From: Candidatus Latescibacterota bacterium
GTDB taxonomy: Bacteria; Latescibacterota; UBA2968; UBA8231
Assembly: GCA_965223905.1 (NCBI GenBank)
Contig: CBDCXV010000001.1
Location: 1,216,001 to 1,280,000, forward strand
Length of the DNA stretch: 64,000 nt
Direction: 5' to 3'
The notes under the pieces are model-generated. The model was not told the origin of the DNA. It saw only the letters and a list, made by a program, of their open reading frames with translations, and did no database searches. This document shows, in pieces, positions 1-8,800 of the stretch. Both the position numbers and the translations under genes were made by a program. Each line of letters begins with the position of its first letter. Position 1 is the stretch's first letter.

Positions 1-166
1 CTTCCCGACGCCAGACCTCACCTCGTTCACCGCCCACGATGACGGCCTGGGTCTGGGCTTGCGCCGAGGCCAGCCACCCCGTCGCTACTACTACGAGGAC
101 TCCAGCGGCTCCGGCGCCGAAGCGCGGCAGCTGGTGGGGGATGACGATGCGCTTCGTCCGTATCAT
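1..166 (-). CDS. 5' part of a secreted protein (runs off window), missed by the ORF track
   Basis: ATG at 166, 2 bp after the stop of the upstream gene; reads MIRTKRIVIPHQLPRFGAGAAGVLVVVATGWLASAQAQTQAVIVGGERGEVW, with a signal peptide and AQA cleavage site. Confidence 0.7.
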   Translation of the reverse strand, partial: MIRTKRIVIPHQLPRFGAGAAGVLVVVATGWLASAQAQTQAVIVGGERGEVWRRE

Positions 167-168
167 TT

Positions 169-2976
169 CTATCTCTGTACTCCGGCGTATATGGCGATGA
201 AGCTGGTGGTCTCCGTGCGGTCCTTGCTCACCTTCTGGAAGGCGCCCGTATCCGTCCCCCGCACCCGCTCTGCGAAGATGCGCGCCACGCGCAGGCCGAC
301 CTGGGTCGTCAGCAGGTACCCCTCGTAACTCGACTGGTTCGTCATCTGTAGCGCGACGTTCATGGAGCGCTCGTCCCCGGTCGCTCCCACCTGACCGAGT
401 TCCACCATCTCGTCTTCGTCCGCGACGCGGTCGTCGAACTGAGCGAGCTCGAGACCTGTGGTGATGGTGCTGTGAGACATATAGGGGAACGAGGCGGTGA
501 GCATGGCGATTCCCAACCAGTGTTTCAGATCGTCCTCTTCCAGCACCAACGAGTCTCGTCGCAGATACTCGCTCTTCAGCCTCGGCCGCAGCGCCAGGGG
601 CCCGAGGTTGAAGTCGTACTCGACCTTGTTGACAAGCCCGTACATGCTCGGCGAGTCGGCCATGGGCCGGTTCGTGAGATCGCGCGGATCGTCGTCAGCA
701 TGGTTGAAGAGCTCATACTTCAGCTTGTTCACCAGCTTCACGTTGGAGATCGCCGTGTAGTCGAACTGTAGCCAGGCCGTGTTGATCCACGTGTCCTGTG
801 CCGGCAGAATGTCAGCCGCCACGGGCCGATTGATCTCGCCGAAGACGGCCGACGCCACCACCCGGTCGTCCGGGATCGTGTCCGAAGCCCGCTTCAGCAT
901 ATCGAAGAAGCGCAGCCGACCCAGCCCGGGATAACCCTTGTCGAACGTAAGCAGTCCGTAGTTTGTAACATTGTCGCGATTGTCTGACAGCATGCGTTCG
1001 TTCGTACGACCCACCATCACGCGCGTCGCCGGAGTCAGGTGGGTGCCCACGAAGGCGTTGTAGCCTTTGCGGTCTCCCTTGTAGGGATAGTCGGGCAGCT
1101 CGTCGTCTTCGAAGCGGTCGATCCAGCCGTTGTTGTTCAGATCGATGCCGAAAAGAACTTCCGGCCGGTCCACGTCGTGGCGCAGAAAGGGCTCCTCGTA
1201 GTCCGGCAAGGCATTGGGCACCGCCCTGTTGTCGTTCTGGTTGAAATCCGAGATGAAGTCGTTGTTTTCGTCCCATCCGGGAAAGATATCCGTGTCGCCT
1301 GCCGTAGAGCCTGCTCGAACCCAATCAGGCAGCGCGTCCTGATCGTCGTTGTCGTCCACGAATTCGTAGACGGAGGCGCCGGGCGCGTTGTATTGGATGT
1401 TGCCGCTCGTGTCCACGATGAAGACGTTGGTGGTATAATCGAGGTCGATGTCGTATGCCTCACCGTAGACGAAAAGCGGATACTCTTGCTTGGAGATGGT
1501 GAGATAGCGGGCGTCGGCCGTGCGCCGCGATATCTTGTGGCCCTTGTTGGAGTTGAACAGGGCGGCGTTGGGATACTGGGCGTAGCGGAAATTGCGATCC
1601 CACTCGCCGTAGAAATCGATGCCCCAGATGTTACTGCCCTGGAGTGTGAACCCGGCGACGACGCTCGCCGTCGGCAGCCCGTAGTCGAACCTCACCCGCT
1701 GGATATTCGAGATGTCCTCCACGTTGCCGGAAGCGCGCTTCACGAGCAACAGGGCCGGCTCCCTCTCGTCGATGACGTCGGCGGTCAGCGGCGGCAGAGG
1801 CACCCCTCTCCGGGCGGTCTGCCTGTCGGACCAGATCTCGATTTTGAAGTCATTGGCCAGAACGCAGTCGAACTCCACGGCGACGATGCTCGTCACCTCG
1901 GGGCCGAGGTAATCGGGGTCGGTGAAGTCGTAGTTCAGGATGATGCGTTCGTCGCCGTCAGCGGCGAGGAATCCGGCGCGTTCGAAGCCGCCGAACACGG
2001 CCGGCCACTCCGTGCCGGGGCGAACCACCTGCTCGAGCGTCCACACCGTCTCCCTTCCGGTGTCGAAGTCGCGGCTGGTGATGCGGATGTCGTGAGCGAA
2101 CAGAGCCGCACCCCCTTTCCCGTCCTGCGGCGAGTCGTCGCTGAGAATGACGGCAATGGCGGACATCGGTGAGCTGCTCTGTCCGGCGGTCAGGTTCCCC
2201 GCCACGAAGTTGCCGTCGAACATGTCGAGTGCGGCATTCGAATTGCGGGCATCCACCAGCGTGCCGCCGATGGTGATGAAGTCACCCACCTGCGCCGTGG
2301 CGCGCCCGGCGATCATACTCGTCGAGTTCGTCTGGCGCCGCGGCGCCGGAAACGTTCCGGACAGCGGATCGCTGATTCGCGATGCGAGAACGGTGAGGGC
2401 GTATTTGTCGGAGAGGAGGTCCGCCTGCACGCCGTTGAAGGTGGGTTTGGAAAACGTCATCGGCGTCAAGGTAGTGCGGAGGCGATTGCCCACGGTGATG
2501 GCGTAGGCGTTCTGGCCCTTTTCGTCGCTGGCTATGGTGACGGAGGTGAACCACTGCTCGAACCGGCTGGTCTTGAATATGCTGCTGCCGTCTTCCTTGG
2601 GCTGATCCTGGCGCCAGTCGTAGATCAGCCAGCCGCGGCTCACGAAATCGCCGTAGAAGTCGAAAAAGTAGTCTCCTTCTAAAAGCGTGTTTACGTAGCG
2701 CTGGAACGGATAGCGGGCGTAGTTGGTGAATTCCCATTGCCGCCACCGGTACTCGGCGTGCAACTCCTGAGGGGCGTACCAATGATGTAAAGACGGGGTA
2801 AGAGCGCCAAAGAGGACGCCGGGGCCGCGCGGCTCCCAACTGACTTCGCCGCCGCGCTGTATGCCGACGCGGGCGCCGTAATCCTGCGTACCGGCCGAGG
2901 CGGCGGCGCAAGCCAACCACGTTCCGACGACGACTGTGAGCGTACCGGGGAGTTTCACATCGAGGAAGATAGACAT
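169..2976 (-). CDS. Large secreted/outer-membrane hypothetical protein with acidic Ca2+-binding-like loops
   Basis: Likely start MSIFLDV at 2976, followed by a signal peptide (..WLACAAASA); motifs DDNDDQD, DENNDFISD, DLNNNGWID; amphipathic beta-strand-like C-terminal part ending SFIAIYAGVQR. Confidence 0.75.
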   Translation of the reverse strand: MSIFLDVKLPGTLTVVVGTWLACAAASAGTQDYGARVGIQRGGEVSWEPRGPGVLFGALTPSLHHWYAPQELHAEYRWRQWEFTNYARYPFQRYVNTLLEGDYFFDFYGDFVSRGWLIYDWRQDQPKEDGSSIFKTSRFEQWFTSVTIASDEKGQNAYAITVGNRLRTTLTPMTFSKPTFNGVQADLLSDKYALTVLASRISDPLSGTFPAPRRQTNSTSMIAGRATAQVGDFITIGGTLVDARNSNAALDMFDGNFVAGNLTAGQSSSPMSAIAVILSDDSPQDGKGGAALFAHDIRITSRDFDTGRETVWTLEQVVRPGTEWPAVFGGFERAGFLAADGDERIILNYDFTDPDYLGPEVTSIVAVEFDCVLANDFKIEIWSDRQTARRGVPLPPLTADVIDEREPALLLVKRASGNVEDISNIQRVRFDYGLPTASVVAGFTLQGSNIWGIDFYGEWDRNFRYAQYPNAALFNSNKGHKISRRTADARYLTISKQEYPLFVYGEAYDIDLDYTTNVFIVDTSGNIQYNAPGASVYEFVDDNDDQDALPDWVRAGSTAGDTDIFPGWDENNDFISDFNQNDNRAVPNALPDYEEPFLRHDVDRPEVLFGIDLNNNGWIDRFEDDELPDYPYKGDRKGYNAFVGTHLTPATRVMVGRTNERMLSDNRDNVTNYGLLTFDKGYPGLGRLRFFDMLKRASDTIPDDRVVASAVFGEINRPVAADILPAQDTWINTAWLQFDYTAISNVKLVNKLKYELFNHADDDPRDLTNRPMADSPSMYGLVNKVEYDFNLGPLALRPRLKSEYLRRDSLVLEEDDLKHWLGIAMLTASFPYMSHSTITTGLELAQFDDRVADEDEMVELGQVGATGDERSMNVALQMTNQSSYEGYLLTTQVGLRVARIFAERVRGTDTGAFQKVSKDRTETTSFIAIYAGVQR

Positions 2977-3029
2977 ACTGAACTCGTTGTGCGAGCATGG
3001 GTTGCGCTCTACCAGGACTCCTGGCCGAT

Positions 3030-3098
3030 CCGGAGCGAGACGCTGTGCGCCAGTCCGCTTATGGCCTCGCGCGCTGCTCTGATCGTCGAACAAACATC
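3030..3098 (-). repeat. Deletion scar made of both ends of the 5802-10709 gene
   Basis: 3030-3075 is identical (46 bp) to 5811-5856; 3075-3098 matches 10677-10707 with a 7-bp collapse and 2 mismatches. Confidence 0.85.
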
Positions 3099-3099
3099 G

Positions 3100-5025
3100 C
3101 TACATATATCCCAAGATCCGTCCCTTATCGACGGTGAGCGCGTAGATTACACCCCACATGCCCCCTACTACCACCTGTCCGAGAATCAAACCCAGAAAGA
3201 ACGGTTTCAGGCCCTGAAACAGCTTGCTTCCCCCCACGTGCAGGATAATGGCCTTCAGCAACCAGGCGAGAAAGGCGGAGAACCAGATCGAGCTCGTCAG
3301 CCATCCCACGGCAATCACCAGCCCGATGGGGTGCAGAGGCCACCAGTGCCAGCGGTAGTGCGCCCACATCAAAAACCACTCGATTGATCCGCCGATTCCC
3401 TTGAACAGCCATCCCCTCATGTTGGCGTCTGGCAACTTCTCGATCGTCGGACCTATGTAGGGCCAGCCATGGCCGCCAGTCCATTTGAGCTGGGCCAGGT
3501 TGATGGCGCCGTGGCTGTAGGACATGTTGAGTGTCGTGAACAGCGATGCTCCGAGGCTGGCGATCAGCGCGATCATCAAACCCCAGAACAATCGTGTCTT
3601 GCTCCCCCGTATGCTCTCGGCCAGCTTGAGCCCGTTGGAGGCGGCAACCATGGGCGAGGTGCGCGACTCTCCCTGCCAGATGAAGGTAAAGGTGAGCGCT
3701 ATCAGCCCCTTGGCTCCCAGAATCGACGTCCCGAACCCCGATATGATGAAATAGGCCGGCACGATCGGGCTGCGGGCCGTCGGCACGCCCGCCGTCGCCA
3801 CGACGCGGGCGACGAGGGCGAAGAAAATGAGACTGACGATGACAAGCACCGGGACGAACACGAGAGGCACGCCCGAGCGCCACAGCCATATGCAGACGAT
3901 GACGAAGCTGACGAGAAACCCGACGGCGGCGGTGCGGTAGCGCAACAGCTCCTCGCTGTCGACGCCGCGGCGCGCCGGATTCCAGGCCGTGTTCAGCATA
4001 TCCCGTAGGTGGACGCGGGCGCTCCACAGTCCGAAGAGGATGAAGACGATGACGGCGCCCGTCTGCTGATGGGTCAAATCCGCGGCGATCGGGTAGGACT
4101 CGTAGGCGCTCAGTCGTTCGGTGCTGGCGATACCGAGCACGTTGAAAATCCCCTCCTGCACCCTGCACAGGACGTAGAAGAACCAGATACTGAAGATGAG
4201 ATCGAGGCTGGCCAGATAGAAGAAGCCGATGTAGGCGAAGTTGACTGTCAGACCCAACGTCACCGTGTCGCGAAACAGCGTGAGGGCGCCCCCTATGTGC
4301 GGGTCCGGGAGGAACGGCCAGAAGAAGTTGAGTCCCTTGAAGGAGAAGAACACGAACGGCACGGCGAATCCCACCCACATGACTTTCCGTTTGAACAGCG
4401 GCGCAATTTGCGATGTCATGCTCCTGTCGTTCTCGAGCATGCTCTGTGGCAGCTGCATCATCGGATAGGCCAGGCGCTCGTGCACCGACCACTGCCGGTG
4501 CAGGATGGCGCTCATGCAGATGAGCATGAAGCCCATGACGACGATGAGGCCGAGCCAGTACGCCATCGGCTCCACCCACGATTCCCACGGAATCGAGGCT
4601 CCTTTCGGCAACCCTTCGTAGTATCCCTTGATCGCCTCGCGATCCTGTGGCACCATCCATGTCGGTATTTGATCGTGAAAGAGCTCCTCGAACCTGTTCT
4701 CCGGAGAGGCGTAGTAGTACGGGTAGACCAGCGTTCCGATGAGAAAGAACACGAGACCCCAAGTGGGCACCGTGACCGCCATGAGGAGCATGCAGTAGAT
4801 GAGCACGAGGTCTGCCTTCGACAACTGGAAGCGACGGCCGAGATAGCCGACGATGATGTTGACGACGAGGACACAGACGAAAAAGAAGATGGCCCCGGGA
4901 GAAGAGGGGTTGTAGCCGATCAGGTAGTACTGGTATACCACCACGAAGGGGGCGACGATACCGATGGCTAGGCAAAGAGCCGTGCCGAGAATGAGCCCCT
5001 TGAGGCTGAAGGCAGAACTTGCCAC
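3100..5025 (-). CDS. Polytopic membrane permease, DUF6785/DUF6784-like (putative oligopeptide/oligosaccharide transporter)
   Basis: About 15 hydrophobic segments; motifs RQWSVHERLAYPMMQLP, WWPLHPIG, KPFFLGLILG; GTG start at 5025 with GGAG RBS. Confidence 0.8.
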   Translation of the reverse strand: MASSAFSLKGLILGTALCLAIGIVAPFVVVYQYYLIGYNPSSPGAIFFFVCVLVVNIIVGYLGRRFQLSKADLVLIYCMLLMAVTVPTWGLVFFLIGTLVYPYYYASPENRFEELFHDQIPTWMVPQDREAIKGYYEGLPKGASIPWESWVEPMAYWLGLIVVMGFMLICMSAILHRQWSVHERLAYPMMQLPQSMLENDRSMTSQIAPLFKRKVMWVGFAVPFVFFSFKGLNFFWPFLPDPHIGGALTLFRDTVTLGLTVNFAYIGFFYLASLDLIFSIWFFYVLCRVQEGIFNVLGIASTERLSAYESYPIAADLTHQQTGAVIVFILFGLWSARVHLRDMLNTAWNPARRGVDSEELLRYRTAAVGFLVSFVIVCIWLWRSGVPLVFVPVLVIVSLIFFALVARVVATAGVPTARSPIVPAYFIISGFGTSILGAKGLIALTFTFIWQGESRTSPMVAASNGLKLAESIRGSKTRLFWGLMIALIASLGASLFTTLNMSYSHGAINLAQLKWTGGHGWPYIGPTIEKLPDANMRGWLFKGIGGSIEWFLMWAHYRWHWWPLHPIGLVIAVGWLTSSIWFSAFLAWLLKAIILHVGGSKLFQGLKPFFLGLILGQVVVGGMWGVIYALTVDKGRILGYM

Positions 5026-5104
5026 GCTATCTCCGATCGCCGAGAGCCGTGTCTGAGATACGGCACTCACGAGAAACCACAGACTCGAGGCCATCCCGTC
5101 AAGA

Positions 5105-5535
5105 GGTCGAGATCAGACGCTGCACGCCAAGATCGGGCAGCTGACCGTCGAGAACGATTTCTTGTCTCGCGCCTTCGGCCGTTGAGCCGCGACCGAAGGG
5201 TAACGATGATCGATCCGAATCATCCCCGGCTCCCTATCGTGCGCCAGTGCACCTTGGTCGCCATCTCGCGCTCCACCTACTACTACGCGAGTCGAGGGGA
5301 AAGTTCCTTTAACTTGCAGTTGATGTGCCGCATCGACGAGCAGTTTCTGGCCACCCCGTGGTATGGGTCCCGCCAGATGGCCCGTCACCTTCGGCGCCAG
5401 GGCCATGGGGTCGGCAGCAAGCGGGTGCGCCGCTTGATGCGACGGATGGGACTGACGGCCATCTACCGCAAGCCGTCGACGTCGTCGCCGGATTGGGCGA
5501 CGCGCACGGTGCTTTCGTGGCGGATGTCGAATACC
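5105..5535 (+). mobile_element. IS3-family transposase remnant (orfA end plus internally deleted orfB)
   Basis: LHAKIGQLTVENDFLSRAFGR* then IVRQCTLVAISRSTYYY..YGSRQMARHL..KRVRRLMRRMGL, jumping to DWATRTVLSWRMSNTL. Confidence 0.85.
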
Positions 5536-5698
5536 CTGCGCCAGCAGCAGCCCAATGTCCTCGACTATCTCACTCTGGCCTGTCACGCCGCCGTGCGGCA
5601 GCAGCCGGCTCCCTCGCTTTTGCTCCCAACCCACTCCGTCATTCAGTAGTCTCTCCCGCGACCGCTCCCAGGCCACAGCCAGGGAACTGAACGGTTAC
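5534..5698 (+). mobile_element. IS66-family right-end remnant
   Basis: TLRQQQPNVLDYLTLAC..PAPSLL C-terminus; terminal sequence CTGAACGGTTAC. Confidence 0.7.
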
Positions 5699-5772
5699 TT
5701 CCGGCACTCCTCGACGAGGATTTCCGGTTCGTCGGTGTCCAGGTAGTCGTCGATCGTGGCTCCGAGCCGCAT
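5695..5772 (-). pseudogene. 25-codon gene start truncated by IS66 (possibly sugar-phosphate isomerase/epimerase)
   Basis: AGGAGG RBS, then MRLGATIDDYLDTDEPEILVEECRK; the stop codon lies inside the IS end. Confidence 0.55.
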
Positions 5773-5801
5773 CGGCGGTTCCCTCCTAAACCGGCCTCGG
5801 A

Positions 5802-8800
5802 TCAGTCGAGCCGGAGCGAGACGCTGTGCGCCAGTCCGCTTATGGCCTCGCGCGCTTCCACCTTCCATCGTCCGGGGGGAGCGTTCAGGGGCAGGATGAA
5901 CTCATGCGCTCCCGCCCCATCGGCCGCCACGATGTTCTCAGCAAAGTCCTCTAACTCGCTGCCGTCCGGAGCGTACAGGCGCAGTCTGACCACGTGCCGT
6001 TCCTCTGCCGCCGCCGCGGGGGCTGTGCGCACGCGGTTGATCAGCCTGATGTTGCCGGCCTCCGTCACACCCTCGCTTGTTTCCAGGTGTGGTTTGCCGA
6101 TGCGATACGGGACCACCGCATAGGCGCCCAGACCTTCCAGCGGTTTCTCCACCTCGAAACTGTCGTGACGGCCCAGATACTGGTTGCTCTTCAGGTCGTA
6201 GACATGTCCCGCGACTGGAGGTGTGATACGCAGGACTTCGGTTCCCGCCCCCCGTCGCTTGCCGCTGTCCAGTTGAAGAATGAATGAATGCCACAACGCC
6301 AGGATGTGTATGTCGCCGTCACTGAAATGTGAAAGCGTGGGCCGCTCGAGCTCAGCATCCGATGATTCAAGCTCTGCCGATCGGTATCTCTCAGGCCGGT
6401 CTACTCGGAGCCTCTCCACACCGAAGAGCGGCGTCAATCCGTACCAGCCCAGCAACCGTTTCATCATGCCAACTGCGCCCGCGTCTGCAGCGAGCGGCGC
6501 GAAGTTGAGCAGCGCCGCCCGGCCAGCGCCGTAACGGGATATCAGCATGACGGCCCGCTCGTCCGTCTCTCCGAGGCTCCTGGCCGTCGTCAGCGCAACT
6601 GGCGGGCCTGCTATCACCGGCACATCCACCACGTCCATCTTCAGTCCGTCCCCGCCCCCGCTGAATGTCAGTTCCGTCTCCAGCGCACCGTAGTCACTCC
6701 ACGCGGCCTCATGCAATACCCCAAACACCTCGTCGAGGTGCCCCTGCGCGCCTGGGTAGCCGTGCCTGTCCGCCACCGCCGGTCGTATGTCGGCCAGCAG
6801 CATGCCGCCGTCTGCGACAAACTCCTTCACAGCCGCTGCCGCCTCGATCTCCAGCGCCTGCGCAAACGGCAGGATCAGCAGCCGCACGCCATTCTCCTCA
6901 AGCATACCGTCCGCTATCTGTTGCTCGGATATGGCGCTGTACTGATAGCCGAGCAACTCCAGTGTGCGGGTGAACAGCCAGAACTGGCGTGAAGGATACA
7001 GTTTGCTCGCCGCATCGGAGCGCTGGATTTCCTGCCAGGCCGTGGCCGCGTGTTCGCTGGAACGCGAATAGAGAACGGCGATGCCGCTGTCATCGAATTC
7101 GCTCTCGAATACCAGGCGGTCTATGCCCGTGCGTATCTGCGCTACCGGCTCTATGGGCCATCGCCCTTCTTCCGTGGTGCGCAAATCCGCCAGCAGCGGC
7201 TGCCTGAAATTGCTGCTCGCGCCCACGTTTCCGTGTATGCCCGCCCAGTAGTTGAACCCGTTCATCCCCTGAAACAGGCACACCCATGGCTGCTGTCCGA
7301 ACCGCAGGCTGTAGAGTGCCTGGTCCGCGGTGTGTATCCAGGGCACACAGAAGGTATCGCCACGCCCGTAGAGCAGATGCCTGTGCTCAGGCGGCGAAAA
7401 GGACCTCAGATGCGGTAACGGGAGCATGGAACCGGCCAGCACGCGACTCAACAGAAGCGAGTAATCGATGCCGCTGAAGCTGTTGGCGTAGCTCATGCGA
7501 CCTTCAGCGCCCCAGCCGAAATCATCCGATACTGCCTGGGCTTCAGGGTCATGGCGGCGCAACACATCCCGCTTGTACTGCAGGAAATCGGCGAAGACCC
7601 TGTCCATATGCCGCCGGTGGTCTATCCATCGCGCTATCTGCCCCTTCTCTACGGCATCAGCCAGGACGATGGGGCGCACTTCGCTCCACGCCTCAAAAGC
7701 CGTGCCCCAGCCCGTGTTGAGTGCTTCCAGCGAGCCGTACTCTCCACGCGCGAAGGTGCTGAAGCTGGCGATACAGTGGTCCGAAAAACAGACATCCGCT
7801 TCCCCCAAACGACTGCCGAGCCCCATCAGGTTGAACTCATGGGTCATCGAATAGGCCAGCGGCGCGTAGGGCAGCGCATCCGGTTGCCCCACTTCCTCCA
7901 TACGCTGCGTCGCGCCGCGCTGCGCATCGCCGGGGTCGGTGAGACAGGGTCTTCTTATGGGCGCATGCTCCTTGTCTCCGAGCACTTCCCGCCCTCCCGG
8001 AAAGTTCACCGCCGCCTGGGCTATCGTCCGGATGTTGTTGAACGCATTGATGCGCCAGTGACCCCAGAAGGCACTTGTTACGCCGTGTCGTTTTCTGAAT
8101 TGCTCTGAGACCAGGATCCCCAGATAACTCGGGTCAGCATGGGACCACGGGATTTGCCACAACTGAAAGTCGAAGGTGTCGTCATACCAGTCCTGCTCGC
8201 GCGCTATCGCCAGCTGACGCGCATGCACGTCTTCTGTGCCCGCAGGTCCGGCCAGCTCCGCCTCGAGTGTGTGCATGAGCACCGGCGCTGCGTCGATATC
8301 CAGTGCGAACGGGATCTCGCGGCCGGTCAAACGGTCGATCGTCGTTTCATGCCAGAGGTGACCGTCGGCATCCATCAGCCGCAGCCGCAACAGATGACCG
8401 TCGCCTTGCTCACGGTCCAACACCACACTCCCTTCGAGGCGCTCGCCCACTCTGTAATATCCCTGAGTGGAGCGCCCGCCGATCTGAGTATCACGCCCCA
8501 GTTTGATCTGTTGTATGGCGATGTCCCCGGATACCTCGAGAGAGACGCTGGACCAATCTGATATGCTGCCCTGTGCCGTCTTCAGCTGGACGTGAAGCCA
8601 GTGTGTGCCCCCCCGAAGCCGCGGCAGCTCTACTCGTGCGGATTCGCTGCCCGCGTCCAGTATCGCCTCTCCCCGGGGCAGCTGGCGGCCGTGATGGGCA
8701 TAGTCGTCGAACCACCAAGACAGGGCTCCGGCCCGGGGAAGCGGTGCGCTGAACACGACCTGCACGGCAGCCGGCAGCTCTTTGCGAGTTATGCTGGCGC

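Noticed and set aside
2977-3093. N-terminal extension of the 974-aa ORF
   Set aside because: Overlaps the deletion scar; the signal peptide begins after Met at 2976
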